NCBI GenBank assembly: GCA_005887995.1
Contig: VBJD01000027.1
Location: 1 to 52,797 of the forward strand
Reading direction: 5' to 3'
DNA length: 52,797 nt
Source: Chloroflexota bacterium
GTDB lineage: Bacteria; Chloroflexota; Limnocylindria; P2-11E
The notes under the pieces are model-generated. The model was not told where the DNA came from. It did no database searches and saw only the letters and a list, made by a program, of their open reading frames with translations. Within the stretch, counting starts at the first letter, position 1. Every line of letters begins with the position of its first letter. The translations under genes and the position numbers were made by a program. Of this stretch, positions 9,758 through 19,476 are shown one piece after another.

Positions 9758-9867
9758 CTGTCGCGCTCGCTTCGGCCAGCCTTCGGCGGCCTGCAGCTCG
9801 CCGCGCGCTCCGCTGCTGCAGGACTCGCTCCTCGCGGGGGACCCGCTCGTCGCTCGATCTCTTTCAT
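9754..9867 (-). mobile_element. MIRU-like intercistronic insert with 37-aa coupling mini-ORF and ATGAA duplication
   Basis: ATG overlaps the gcvPB TGA (ATGA) and TGA overlaps the NlpC ATG (ATGA). 38 codons, open. ATGAA at both ends. Contains CGCTCGCTTCG and CTCGCTCCTCGCG..CGCTCGTCGCTCG motifs. Confidence 0.7.
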
Positions 9868-11408
9868 GCGGGCCTGTATCGCAACACGGGTTTGCGCGCT
9901 GCGCCGACCTCGTCGAGGCGACGGAGCGGCGTCTTCGTCGGCGCCTCGTGCACAGCGGCGGGATCCTTCTCGATGCGTTCGGCGATGCGGATCATCGCCG
10001 CCGCGAACGCATCGAGCGTCTCCTTGGGTTCGGTCTCCGTCGGCTCGATCATCAGCGCCTCGGGAACGATGAGTGGGAAGTACACGGTCGGCGAGTGGAA
10101 GCCCTCGTCGAGCAGCGCCTTCGAGATGTCGAGCGCGCTCGAGCCCTGCTTCTTCTGCCTCGCCGCGGTGAGGACGAACTCATGCATGCACGGCCGGTCA
10201 TACGCGACGTCGTACTTGCCACGCAGCAGCGCGAGGAGATAGTTCGCGGCGAGCACCGCGTCGCGCCCGGTCTCGACCAGCCCTTCCTCGCCGAGCGTCT
10301 TCATATAGGTATATGCACGCGCGAGCACGCCGAAGTTCCCGAGGGTCTTGCCGATCTTCCCGATGGAGTCGCCGAGGCGCTCGGGCTCGCGATCCTCGCG
10401 CGCGGTGTCGTAGTGGTAGCTGCCATCGGCCTCCTTCACGATCCACGGCTTCGGCAGGAACGGCCGTAGGTGCGCCTTCACGCAGAGCGGGCCCGCCCCG
10501 GGGCCGCCCGCGCCGTGCGGGGTCGAGAACGTCTTGTGGACGTTGATGTGTACGCAGTCGAAGCCGAGGTCGCCGGGCCGCGCGATGCCGAGGAGCGCGT
10601 TCATGTTCGCGCCGTCGCCGTACACGAGCGCGCCTACCGCGTGCACCGCATCGCACACCTCGCGCACGCGCTCCTCGAAGAGGCCGATCGTGTTCGGGTT
10701 CGTGAGCATGAAGCCCGCGACGTCCGGACCGAGCGCGCTCTTCAGCGCCTCGAGGTCGACGTTGCCACGGGCGTCGCTCTTCACCGTCGTCACTTCGTAG
10801 CCGCACATCGCGGCCGACGCGGGGTTCGTGCCGTGCGCGGAGTCGGGCACGATGATGCGCCGCCGCGTCGCGGCGTCCCCGCGCTTCTGGTGATAGGCCT
10901 TGAACATCAGGAGCGCGGTGAACTCGGACTGCGCGCCGGCCTGGGGCTGCAGCGTCACGAAATCCATGCCTGTGACCTTCAGGAGCAGCTGCTCGAGCTC
11001 GTAGGCGAGCGCGAGCACGCCCTGCGTCGTGCGGTACGACTGGCGCGGGTGCAGGTCCGCGAAGAGCGCGGCCGCACGATCGTTGATCTTCGGGTTGTAC
11101 TTCATCGTGCACGAGCCGAGCGGATACATGCCCGCGTCGACCGAGTAGTTGAGCTGCGCGAGGTGTGTGTAGTGACGGACGACTTGTGGCTCGGTGAGCT
11201 CGGGCAGGCGCAGCGGCGTCTTGCGCGCGAACTTCTCCGGCACGTCGCCGGTCTTCTCCGCGCGCACGTGACGCCCGCTCCGTCCGGGTCGCGCGAGCTC
11301 GAAGAGGAGTGGCTCGAGCGCCGGTCCGTGCGTGTCCGCGCCGGAGTCGGGTATCGTCTGCGACGCTCGCTTCGCTCGCTGAACAGGGGCCCCAGTCACC
11401 GTGGTCAT
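9864..11408 (-). CDS. gcvPB: Glycine dehydrogenase (decarboxylating) subunit 2
   Basis: YPLGSCTMKYNP, PLP-site HINVHKTFSTPHGAGGPG, PTVYFPLIV..MIEPTETE. ATG 11408 overlaps the gcvPA stop. Confidence 0.95.
   Translation of the reverse strand: MTTVTGAPVQRAKRASQTIPDSGADTHGPALEPLLFELARPGRSGRHVRAEKTGDVPEKFARKTPLRLPELTEPQVVRHYTHLAQLNYSVDAGMYPLGSCTMKYNPKINDRAAALFADLHPRQSYRTTQGVLALAYELEQLLLKVTGMDFVTLQPQAGAQSEFTALLMFKAYHQKRGDAATRRRIIVPDSAHGTNPASAAMCGYEVTTVKSDARGNVDLEALKSALGPDVAGFMLTNPNTIGLFEERVREVCDAVHAVGALVYGDGANMNALLGIARPGDLGFDCVHINVHKTFSTPHGAGGPGAGPLCVKAHLRPFLPKPWIVKEADGSYHYDTAREDREPERLGDSIGKIGKTLGNFGVLARAYTYMKTLGEEGLVETGRDAVLAANYLLALLRGKYDVAYDRPCMHEFVLTAARQKKQGSSALDISKALLDEGFHSPTVYFPLIVPEALMIEPTETEPKETLDAFAAAMIRIAERIEKDPAAVHEAPTKTPLRRLDEVGAARKPVLRYRPA
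11363..11393. repeat. Repeat core ACGCTCGCTTCGCTCGCTGAACAGGGGCCCC inside the gcvPB 5' end
   Basis: Identical 31-mer at 22208-22238; 2-mismatch copy at about 50105-50135. Confidence 0.85.
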
Positions 11409-12766
11409 CGCGCGGCCACCGTTTGACGCGAGCCGGTGATCTCGGCGACAGCGTCGACGAGCGCATCCGCGTCCGCTTCGGTCGTGAGCTCGGTGCACTG
11501 GATCATGACGTCGTCGCGACCCCGCCGCTTTCCATCGACGTAGTGCGACGCGCTCGCCTCCACCTGGATGCCGCGCTCGAGGAGCGCAAGCCGGAGGTCC
11601 CAGCCACCCATCTCGGTCGCGAGTGTGAAGCGGTCGAAGAACGTCCCGTCGTTCGCGATCCGGCAACCCGGGATCGCCGCGAGCCGCTTCGCGAGGCTGT
11701 GCGCGCGCGCGACGCCTGCCCGCGCGGCCGCGCGAACTCCCTCGGGGCCCAGCAGCGAGAGATAGATCGCGGCGTGAATGGCGGAGAGCGCCTCGTTCGT
11801 GCAGATGTTGCTCGTCGCCTTCTCGCGGCGGATGTGCTGCTCGCGCGTCTGCAGTGTGTTCACGAAGCCGCGTGTCCCGTTCGCGTCCACGGTCTGGCCG
11901 GCGATGCGCCCGGGCATCTGCCGCACGAGCGCCTCGCGGCACGCGAAGATCCCGAGGTGCGGCCCGCCGTAGGACATCGGGATGCCGAGCGGTTGCCCCT
12001 CGCCGACCGCGATGTCCGCGCCGAGCGCGCCGGGCGGCTCGAGGAGCGCACACGCGTGCGGCTCAGTGACCTGCACGAGCAGCGCGCCTGCTGCATGTGC
12101 CGCGTCGGCGATCGGCCTCACGTCGACCAGCGACCCGAACGCATCGGGATGCTGAACGACGAGGCAGGCCGCGCCGTCCGCGTTACCCGCGAGATCCGCC
12201 GTTGGCACCTCGACGATGTCGAGCTCGGCGCCTCGTGCGTACGTGCGCACCGTGCGCCGGTACGTGAAGTCGACCTCGGTCGCGAGGACGACCTTCTTCC
12301 GTCCGCTGCTGAGGCGCACTGCCATGAGCGCGGCCTCGGCGGTCGCGGACGAGCCGTCGTACATGGAGGAGTTCACGACGTCCATCGCGAGGAGCTCCGC
12401 CATCAGCGACTGGTACTCGAAGACCGCCTGTAGCGTGCCCTGGCTCACCTCGGGCTGGTACGGCGTGTACGCGGTGAGGAACTCGCCGCGCAGCGCGAGC
12501 ACCGGGACCGCCGCTGGGATGTAGCGGCGCTGGATCGCGCCGCCGATGAAGAACGGGCCCGACCCGGCGGTCTTGTTCATCGCGGCGAGCTTTTCGAGGT
12601 GCGCCTGCACCTCCTGCTCGCTCATGCCCGGGCCGACGCCGAGCTGCTTGACGCGCGCGTCCTTCGGGATCGCGGTCAGGAGGTCGTCGACGCTTCGCAC
12701 GCCGATGCGATCGAGCATCGCGGCGCGGTCGGCATCGGTGTGCGGCGAGTACGGGTTGTCGGCCAC
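11405..12766 (-). CDS. gcvPA: Glycine dehydrogenase subunit 1
   Basis: EFLTAYTPYQPEVSQGTLQ, SMYDG, QTREQHIRREKATSNICTN. Confidence 0.95.
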   Translation of the reverse strand: MADNPYSPHTDADRAAMLDRIGVRSVDDLLTAIPKDARVKQLGVGPGMSEQEVQAHLEKLAAMNKTAGSGPFFIGGAIQRRYIPAAVPVLALRGEFLTAYTPYQPEVSQGTLQAVFEYQSLMAELLAMDVVNSSMYDGSSATAEAALMAVRLSSGRKKVVLATEVDFTYRRTVRTYARGAELDIVEVPTADLAGNADGAACLVVQHPDAFGSLVDVRPIADAAHAAGALLVQVTEPHACALLEPPGALGADIAVGEGQPLGIPMSYGGPHLGIFACREALVRQMPGRIAGQTVDANGTRGFVNTLQTREQHIRREKATSNICTNEALSAIHAAIYLSLLGPEGVRAAARAGVARAHSLAKRLAAIPGCRIANDGTFFDRFTLATEMGGWDLRLALLERGIQVEASASHYVDGKRRGRDDVMIQCTELTTEADADALVDAVAEITGSRQTVAAR

Positions 12767-12767
12767 G

Positions 12768-13169
12768 CTAGGACCCGCCTGAGCCGGCCGTCTCGCCGAT
12801 GTGGGCGCGGTAGTCGTCCGCGGAGAGGAGCTTCTGCAGCTCGCCCTTGTCGGCGAGCTTCACCTTGAGCATCCAGCCTTCCTCGTAGGGCTTCTGGTTC
12901 ACGAGCTCCGGCTTCTCGATGACCTTCATGTTCCGCTCGATGACCTCGCCGGAGATCGGACTGTAGATATCGGACGCGGCCTTCACCGACTCGACGACGC
13001 CGAGACTCGAGAACTGCCGGACCGTCGCGCCCTTCTCCGGAAGCTCGACGAAGACGACGTCACCGAGCTGTTCCTGGGCGAACGCGGTGATGCCGATCGT
13101 CGCGGTGTCGCCTTCGAGGCGCACCCACTCGTGCTCTTTGGAGTAGCGCAGGTCCTGCGGAACGGTCAC
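12768..13169 (-). CDS. gcvH: Glycine cleavage system H protein
   Basis: YSKEHEWV, lipoyl motif VESVKAASDIYSP. Confidence 0.96.
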   Translation of the reverse strand: MTVPQDLRYSKEHEWVRLEGDTATIGITAFAQEQLGDVVFVELPEKGATVRQFSSLGVVESVKAASDIYSPISGEVIERNMKVIEKPELVNQKPYEEGWMLKVKLADKGELQKLLSADDYRAHIGETAGSGGS

Positions 13170-13228
13170 TTCTCACTCCTCTTGTACGACGCGGTCGCTT
13201 CGCGACCGCCCTGTACGTGCAGGGTCAT
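13166..13228 (-). mobile_element. REP/MIRU-like hairpin insert with 20-aa coupling mini-ORF (MTLHVQGGREATASYKRSEK)
   Basis: ATG overlaps the gcvT TGA and TGA overlaps the gcvH GTG. Ends are AGAAATGACC and AGAAGTGACC. Hairpin GCGGTCGC-TTC-GCGACCGC flanked by GTAC. Confidence 0.65.
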
Positions 13229-14325
13229 TTCTTGACCCTGCTGTAAAAGGGCGTCTTCACTACCGTAGCGGGAACATCCTTTTCCCGGATGCGCACGGCG
13301 AGCGCGGTCCCCACCTTGGCTAACGCTACCGGGACGTAGGCAAGGGCGATGTTCTTCTCCACGGTCGGTCCGTAGGTCCCGCTCGTCACGATGCCGACCT
13401 CCCGGCCGCCGCTCGTGACCGGATAGCCGTGGCGTGCGACGCCGCCCTCGACCACGAGGCCGGCGATCCGACGGCTCGGCCCGTCTTCCTTCGCCTTCGC
13501 GACGACGTCGCGGCCGAGGAACTCCTTATCGAGCTTGCAGGTCCATGCGAGGCCGGCCTCGATCGGATTCGTCGTCTCGTCGATCTCGTTCCCGTAGAGC
13601 GAGAAGCGCGACTCCAGGCGCAGCGTGTCGCGCGCCCCGAGTCCGATGGGCAGCATGCCATCGGCTGTGCCCGCGTCGAGGAGCGCGTCCCAGACGGCTG
13701 ACGCGAACTCGTTGCGCAGGAACACCTCGAACCCGTCCTCGCCCGTGTACCCGGTGCGCGCGATCGTCGCGGTCTTGCCGGCGACCTTCGTCTCGGCGAC
13801 GCCGAACGGCATCACGTCATCGACGTTCATGTCCGCCACACGCGACAGGATCCGCGCGGCCCGGGGACCTTGCGGCGCGATGAGCGCCGTCATCGCCGAG
13901 CCATCGAAGAAGCGAACATCGCTCGGAAGATGGCGACGCACGTGCGCCGCGTCCTTGTCGATGTTCGCCGCGTTCACGACGACCATGTACCGCTGCGGCG
14001 CCAGGCGATACACGATGACGTCGTCGACGATCGTGCCGCGCTCGTTCGTCAGCAGGCCGTAGCGCGCCTGCCCGCTTTCGAGTCCCGCGATATCGCTCGA
14101 CACGAGCCGATCGAGCGCCGGGCCCGCGCCGGCGCCCTCGAGATAGAACTCGCCCATGTGCGAGAGATCGAAGAGGCCGGCCGCGTTGCGCACGGCGCGG
14201 TGCTCCGCGACGATGCCCGAGTACTGGATCGGCATCTCCCACCCCGCGAACGGCACCAATTTCGCGCCGAGCTCGCGGTGCTTCTCGAAGAGTGGGGTCC
14301 GCTTGAGCGCGGCCTCGGTGGTCAT
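13225..14325 (-). CDS. gcvT: Glycine cleavage system aminomethyltransferase T
   Basis: LKRTPL, FAGWEMP, FDLSHMGE, RTGYTGEDGFE, GLGARDTLRLE. Confidence 0.96.
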   Translation of the reverse strand: MTTEAALKRTPLFEKHRELGAKLVPFAGWEMPIQYSGIVAEHRAVRNAAGLFDLSHMGEFYLEGAGAGPALDRLVSSDIAGLESGQARYGLLTNERGTIVDDVIVYRLAPQRYMVVVNAANIDKDAAHVRRHLPSDVRFFDGSAMTALIAPQGPRAARILSRVADMNVDDVMPFGVAETKVAGKTATIARTGYTGEDGFEVFLRNEFASAVWDALLDAGTADGMLPIGLGARDTLRLESRFSLYGNEIDETTNPIEAGLAWTCKLDKEFLGRDVVAKAKEDGPSRRIAGLVVEGGVARHGYPVTSGGREVGIVTSGTYGPTVEKNIALAYVPVALAKVGTALAVRIREKDVPATVVKTPFYSRVKK

Positions 14326-14771
14326 GGGGCGCGCGCCACCTCGAGGGCACGGTCGAGGATCTCGCGGTACGTGTCGTAGCTGAGGAGCCGGCGCGCCTCG
14401 TCGACCCGGACCCAGCGCACGTGGTCGTACTCGTGATCGTGCTGCGACACGTCTCCGCCGCGCGCACGCATGAGGAAGAAGTGCACGAACTTGTGCACGC
14501 GCTCGCCGGGCACGGCGAACCAGTAATCGATCACGCCGATCGGCGCGACGATCTCGATCTCGAGCCCGGTCTCCTCGCGGACCTCGCGCGCCGCCGTCTC
14601 CTCGATGGTCTCACCGCGGTCAGGCGTGCCCTTGGGAAACACCCACGTCCGATCGCTCTCGCGTCCCGCGACCACGACCTCGAGCGAGTCACCACTTCCT
14701 CGCACGACGACTCCTCCCGCTGCACTTGCGTCGCGGACGCGCGCTGGCCGCCGAGCGCGTGTCGTCGGCAT
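14322..14771 (-). CDS. NUDIX hydrolase
   Basis: SAAGGVV, Nudix box PKG...GETIEETAAREVREETG. RBS GGGGAGG. Confidence 0.9.
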   Translation of the reverse strand: MPTTRARRPARVRDASAAGGVVVRGSGDSLEVVVAGRESDRTWVFPKGTPDRGETIEETAAREVREETGLEIEIVAPIGVIDYWFAVPGERVHKFVHFFLMRARGGDVSQHDHEYDHVRWVRVDEARRLLSYDTYREILDRALEVARAP

Positions 14772-14807
14772 GTGAGCCTCCCCGTCAGTTGCGACGACTG
14801 TAGGACA

Positions 14808-15005
14808 AGAGCGCGCCGCGACCCGCCGGCGCGCGAAGCGGAACTCCGCGACGAGCGTTTGCGCCCAGCCGGCCCGTGCTGCCGTCGTACGGCTCGGCTT
14901 CGCCTTCGCCGGCTGCTTGGCGTGTGGCCTTCGGCCACGCCGCAGTAGCCAACAGCGAGGAGCGGAGTGCCGCTGAGAAGCGCCCTGGCGGTCGCGTCGC
15001 GCTCT
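14808..15005. repeat. About 200-bp MITE-like palindromic element, copy 1
   Basis: Imperfect terminal inverted repeats AGAGCGCGCCGCGACCCGCC / GGCGGTCGCGTCGCGCTCT. Core 14828-14984 is nearly identical (reverse complement, one 9-nt indel) to 45774-45921. Confidence 0.85.
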
Positions 15006-15780
15006 AAAGCAGGCGCGTTGTGTTGATGACGAGGGCGAAGTTGCAGTGCAGGAACTCGGCGGCGCGGCGCGACAGCATCATGCGCGGGAGGAAGATCTCG
15101 AAGTACTCCATGATCGGCGCGACCTCGGTGTCAACGGAGAGCTCGAGCGTGATCAGCTTTTCCTTCCGGCTGACTTTGATCTCCGAGGCGGTCGCCGCGT
15201 AGTTCACTCGGTCGTGGATGTCGAACGCGGTCGTCTTGGGGTTGCGCACGCGACTGCGGTGCACGTCGCTCTTGTCGGCGATGATCACCGCCGCGGATAC
15301 CGCGCTCACCGGCAGGCCGCCCTCGGCCTCCTCGTGGTTCGCGATCGCACCCATGATCACCGCGATCTCCTCGATGTCGAACCCGAGGTCCTCGAGGATG
15401 TCCTTCGCGATGATCGCCCCCGTTTGCCCGTGCTTCTCGCGGGTGACGACGTTGCCGATGTCGTGGAGGTACGCGGCGACGGCGGCGACCTCGCAGCGGC
15501 GCGGCTCGTGGCCGAGCGATTTCAGGATGAATCGCGCCCCATCGGCAGCGGTGTTCGCGTGGCGCTCGCCGTGCTCGGTGTAACCGATCGCGCCAGTCTG
15601 GGCATTCGCTGAACGGATGAACGTACGCACACGCGTGTCCGCCTTCACGAGATCGAGCGTCGGTCCCTGACGCTTCGCCTCGGCAAGCGTCTTCGTCTTC
15701 GTCTCGGTGCGATGGACCTTCTTGAGCTCGTCGGGACGACCGGTGTCGTCGCGTCGCGGGGACGGCGCTGCCTCAGCCAT
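15004..15780 (-). CDS. HD-domain phosphohydrolase
   Basis: GYTEHGERH, AYLHDIGN, IANHEE, ADKSDVHRSRVR, IHDRVNYA. ATG 15780 preceded by TAGAGT-N7. Confidence 0.88.
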   Translation of the reverse strand: MAEAAPSPRRDDTGRPDELKKVHRTETKTKTLAEAKRQGPTLDLVKADTRVRTFIRSANAQTGAIGYTEHGERHANTAADGARFILKSLGHEPRRCEVAAVAAYLHDIGNVVTREKHGQTGAIIAKDILEDLGFDIEEIAVIMGAIANHEEAEGGLPVSAVSAAVIIADKSDVHRSRVRNPKTTAFDIHDRVNYAATASEIKVSRKEKLITLELSVDTEVAPIMEYFEIFLPRMMLSRRAAEFLHCNFALVINTTRLL

Positions 15781-15974
15781 CGACGCAACTCTAGGAGATA
15801 GCACCAAGGCAATTGCGTTGCGCAGACACCTCGCGCGCGAGGCGACCGCACGCACACTTCGCGCAGACGAGGACGTGGGAGCTGGCCCTTGATGGTCGGA
15901 CGCAGGGTCGAAGCGCGTTGCGGCTACTGGTCCGGCCAGCGAATCGACCGAGCAGATCTTCCAGGCGACACCGC

Positions 15975-17522
15975 TCAGCCCTCGGTGCGCAGCTCCTCGA
16001 GGTCGAGGTCGCGCTCGATGCGACGGAGGACCTCGTCGTCGATGACGCCGCGCTCGTGGAGATCGAACGCGGCGCGGCGTTCCGCTTCGATCGCCTCGCG
16101 GCGGATCTGCGTGTGCTCGAGCAGCTCCGTCTCGGCGGCTCCCGGCTCGGCGTTGTCGTGAAGGTCGGCGTGGCTGGTGCGGTGCTGGTACTGGGAGCGC
16201 AACGTGTCGATGAGCGGCACGTGCCCGGGCCGCTCGGTCGCGAGCTCATCGAGCCGGGCGAGCGCAGCCTCGGCGGTGAGGACGCGCGCGTGTGATTCCG
16301 CGTGACCGACGTCGCCATCAGCTGCGACGCCGAGCATGCGGATCATCGCCGGCAGCGTGAGCCCTTGACCGACGAGGGTCGCGAGGATCACGACGAACGT
16401 GACGAACAGGATGAGGTCGCGCTGCGGGAAGGACTCCGGCAGCGCGAGCGCGGCCGCGAGCGAGACGACGCCTCGGAGTCCGGACCATGCGACGACCGTG
16501 ACCGCCTGCCACGGCGGGTTCGGATCGCTCCGACCGATGGCCGGAATGAGGCGCGGACCGTACGTGAACGGGAACACCCACACGAAGCGCCCGAACACGA
16601 CCGCAGCCACGATCGCGACCGTCGCGGTGATCGTGTCCCCACCGAGGTGCACGTTACGCACGACTTCCGGCAGCTGCAGGCCGAGGAGCGCGAACACGAT
16701 CCCGTTGAGGAGGAAGAGCCAGATCTGCCAAACGCCCGCGCCTACGACGCGCGCGTCAGAGCTCGCGTGACGCATCGCGTGACGTGACCACACGCCCGCG
16801 ACCACAGTGGCGAGCACGCCGGACACACCGATCGACTCGGCGGGGAGGTACGCGGCGTACGGCGCGACGAGACCGATGGCCGTGAAGATCGCCACGTCCG
16901 CAACGTTCTCGGCGACCTTGTCGATGAGCCATCCGATGGCCATACCGACGAAGACGCCGCCGGCGAGAGCCCACACGAACGCGAGCGACGCGTCGAGAAG
17001 CGAAAAGACTCCAGCGGCGACAGCCGCGACCGCAAACCGATAGATCACGAGTGCGGTCGCGTCGTTCACGAGGCTCTCGCCCTCGAGGATCGTGACGATG
17101 CGGCGTGGCACGCCGAGCCGCTGGAAGATCGTCGTCGCGGCGACGGCGTCCGGCGGTGACACGATGCCGCCGAGCGCGAACGCGCCGGCCCATCCAAGGC
17201 CGGGAACGAGGGCGTGCGCGACGAGCGCCACCAGCGTCGCGGTGAAGAGCACGAGGCCGACCGCGAGCAACACGATCGGCCGGAGGTTCGCCTTGAACTC
17301 GCGAAGCGACGTGAAGTAGCCGCCGGCGAAGAGCAGCGGCGGCAAGAAGCCGAAGAACACGAGCTCCGGCGCGAGCGTGACTTGCGGGATCCCGGGCGCG
17401 AAGGTCAGGGCAAGGCCGCCGACCACCATCACGATCGGCGTCGACGCGCCGAGTCGCCGCGAGATCGCGGTGAGGACGATGACGATCGCGATGAGCAGGA
17501 GCGCGAGCTGGATCTGACTCAC
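15975..17522 (-). CDS. CPA1-family Na+/H+ antiporter (YjcE/NhaK-like)
   Basis: FLPPLLF, VSPPDAVA, LEGESLVNDAT, SGVLATV, GLRGVVSLAAAL, ERDLDLEE. GTG 17522 preceded by TACCCT-N7. Confidence 0.92.
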   Translation of the reverse strand: MSQIQLALLLIAIVIVLTAISRRLGASTPIVMVVGGLALTFAPGIPQVTLAPELVFFGFLPPLLFAGGYFTSLREFKANLRPIVLLAVGLVLFTATLVALVAHALVPGLGWAGAFALGGIVSPPDAVAATTIFQRLGVPRRIVTILEGESLVNDATALVIYRFAVAAVAAGVFSLLDASLAFVWALAGGVFVGMAIGWLIDKVAENVADVAIFTAIGLVAPYAAYLPAESIGVSGVLATVVAGVWSRHAMRHASSDARVVGAGVWQIWLFLLNGIVFALLGLQLPEVVRNVHLGGDTITATVAIVAAVVFGRFVWVFPFTYGPRLIPAIGRSDPNPPWQAVTVVAWSGLRGVVSLAAALALPESFPQRDLILFVTFVVILATLVGQGLTLPAMIRMLGVAADGDVGHAESHARVLTAEAALARLDELATERPGHVPLIDTLRSQYQHRTSHADLHDNAEPGAAETELLEHTQIRREAIEAERRAAFDLHERGVIDDEVLRRIERDLDLEELRTEG

Positions 17523-17539
17523 GGACGCGAGGGTACGAC

Positions 17540-17968
17540 CTAGCCCTGGCGCTCCTGCGCGTACGACTTCTGAAGCCGCTCTGCGACCTGCTGCAGCCAG
17601 CGCAGCTCGGTGAGGCCGGCGCGCGCGATGACCAGCCCGCGCGTGAACGCGAGCCACGGACGCAACGTCCCTGATACGAGGCCGAGCCAGGTCGCGCCGG
17701 TCGCGTCGACCTTCGGACCCTTCCCCTTCACGTCGGCGGGCTCCGCGTGGAGCTTGCCGTCGCCGGCCTGGAATTCGATCGCCTCGTTCGTGTCGGTGAA
17801 TCGAAGGAGAGCGCGAGCAGCGACGACGTCCTTCAGGTTCGCGAGCACGCGCTCGTCAGACGCCGCCGCTTCGAGGATGCGGAGCACCGCTTCGCGCGTG
17901 TTCACCGGGTTCGGCCCCGAGGATGCCGCGATGCGCGCGGCCTCGATCGCCTCTTCCAACGTGCTCAT
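17540..17968 (-). CDS. SCP2 sterol-carrier-like domain protein
   Basis: C-terminal pattern VDATGATWLGLVSGTLRPWLAFTRGLV resembles SCP2. Coupled to tsaD by ATGA. Confidence 0.65.
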   Translation of the reverse strand: MSTLEEAIEAARIAASSGPNPVNTREAVLRILEAAASDERVLANLKDVVAARALLRFTDTNEAIEFQAGDGKLHAEPADVKGKGPKVDATGATWLGLVSGTLRPWLAFTRGLVIARAGLTELRWLQQVAERLQKSYAQERQG

Positions 17969-18963
17969 GCGAGTTTCAGGTCACTGCGCACCGTCGTGGG
18001 GATCTCCGTTCCGCGGTGACGCAGCACGAAGAACGCCGCTGCGCCGATCATCGCGCCGTTATCCGTGCAGAGCCGCGGCGGCGGCACGACGAGCGGACGG
18101 CCGATGCGCTTCGCGATCTCCTCGCGGAGCGCGAGGTTCGCGGCGACGCCGCCGCCGAGGAGCACCGTGTCGACGGCATGCTCGGCCGCGGCGCGCGCGG
18201 TCTTCTCCGCGAGCGTCTCGGTGATCGCCTTCTGAAAGGACGCGGCGACGTCGTTCACAGGCACCTCGCCCTTCGCCTCGAGCGAGCGCACGAGACGTTG
18301 CACCGCGGTCTTCAGCCCCGAGAACGAGAAGTCGTAGCGATCGGACACGGTCGCGCGCGGCAGCGGGAACGCGTTCGGATCGCCGGACTTCGCGGCTTTT
18401 TCGATCAACGGCCCGCCGGGGAAACCGAGCCCGAGCAGTCGCGCGACCTTGTCGAACGCCTCGCCCGCAGCGTCGTCGATCGTGCGCCCGAGCGGCCGGA
18501 AGCGGCGATGCGCCTCCATGAGCACGAGATCGCTGTGCGCGCCGGAGACCACGAGGACGATCGCGGGGAGTTCGGGCTCGCGCGGCGCGACCACGCCCTC
18601 GTACAGCCAGTTCGCGTACACGTGGCCCTCGAGGTGGTTCACGCCGACGAAGGGCAGCCCGGCCGAGAGCGCGAGACCGCGCGCGTAGTTCGCGCCAACG
18701 AGGAGGCACCCGATGAGGCCGGGGCCGACCGTCGCGGCGACCGCGTCGACGCCACGCAACTCGACGCCCGCCTCGCGGAGCGCGGTCTGCGTGATCGCAT
18801 CGAGCGAGCGCAGGTGCTCGCGCGCCGCGACCTCGGGCACGATGCCACCGGTGTCCTGGTGCGCGAGCTGCGAGGCGACGACGTTCGAGATGATGTGGCG
18901 TCCGTCGTCAACGACCGCGACGCCGGTCTCGTCGCACGAGGTCTCGATCGCGAGGATCCGCAC
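17965..18963 (-). CDS. tsaD: tRNA N6-threonylcarbamoyltransferase
   Basis: ILAIETSCDETG, GGIVPEVAAREH, NHLEGH, DDAAGEAFDK, CTDNGAMI. Confidence 0.97.
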   Translation of the reverse strand: MRILAIETSCDETGVAVVDDGRHIISNVVASQLAHQDTGGIVPEVAAREHLRSLDAITQTALREAGVELRGVDAVAATVGPGLIGCLLVGANYARGLALSAGLPFVGVNHLEGHVYANWLYEGVVAPREPELPAIVLVVSGAHSDLVLMEAHRRFRPLGRTIDDAAGEAFDKVARLLGLGFPGGPLIEKAAKSGDPNAFPLPRATVSDRYDFSFSGLKTAVQRLVRSLEAKGEVPVNDVAASFQKAITETLAEKTARAAAEHAVDTVLLGGGVAANLALREEIAKRIGRPLVVPPPRLCTDNGAMIGAAAFFVLRHRGTEIPTTVRSDLKLA

Positions 18964-19476
18964 TTATTCCTCGAGCGCTGCTTGCAGCTTCGCGAGGCGA
19001 TCGCGGACGCTGCGATCGCGGAGACGCTCGGTCCACATGATGATCGCGTCCTCGTTGTTGTCGGAGTAGTAGCGGCGGCGAATACCCGCGGGCCGGAAGC
19101 CGTACTTCTCGTACAGCCGCTGCGCCGCGAGATTCGACGCCCGTACCTCGAGCGTGAGCCACTCGGCGCCCAACCTCTGCGCGCGTTCGAAGATCGAGAT
19201 CAGCATGCGCTCGCCGATCTTGCGCCGGCGATGCTCGGGGAGGACCGCGAACGTCGTGATGTGCGCCTCGTCGAGCGAGAGCCAGAGTCCCGCGTAGCCG
19301 ACGGTGCGGTCGCCCTCACGGGCAACGATGTAATGAGCGTTCTTGTTCTGCGTGAGCTCCTGCTTGAACGCGTTCGCCGGCCAGGGCACCGGAAACGACG
19401 CGTTCTCGACCGCCTGCACCGCCGGAATGTCCTCGACCGTCATGTCGTCGATCACGATCGGAAAGAGCGCTACCAC
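18964..19476 (-). CDS. rimI: Ribosomal-protein-alanine N-acetyltransferase
   Basis: EAHITTFAV, TLEVRASN..AQRLYEKYGF, RRRYYSDNNEDAIIM. Located between tsaB and tsaD. Confidence 0.93.
   Translation of the reverse strand: MVALFPIVIDDMTVEDIPAVQAVENASFPVPWPANAFKQELTQNKNAHYIVAREGDRTVGYAGLWLSLDEAHITTFAVLPEHRRRKIGERMLISIFERAQRLGAEWLTLEVRASNLAAQRLYEKYGFRPAGIRRRYYSDNNEDAIIMWTERLRDRSVRDRLAKLQAALEE

Noticed and set aside
14772-15003. Glycine riboswitch upstream of the NUDIX-gcvT operon
   Set aside because: No tandem GGAGA...CCGAAG...CUCUCAGG aptamer pattern, and the same sequence recurs at 45.8 kb in an unrelated context.
15794-15974. Possible ncRNA in the antiporter-HD spacer
   Set aside because: Only a short CCTCGCGCGCGAGG palindrome. 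I could not recognise 6S, SRP, tmRNA or riboswitch features; an Rfam scan is needed.
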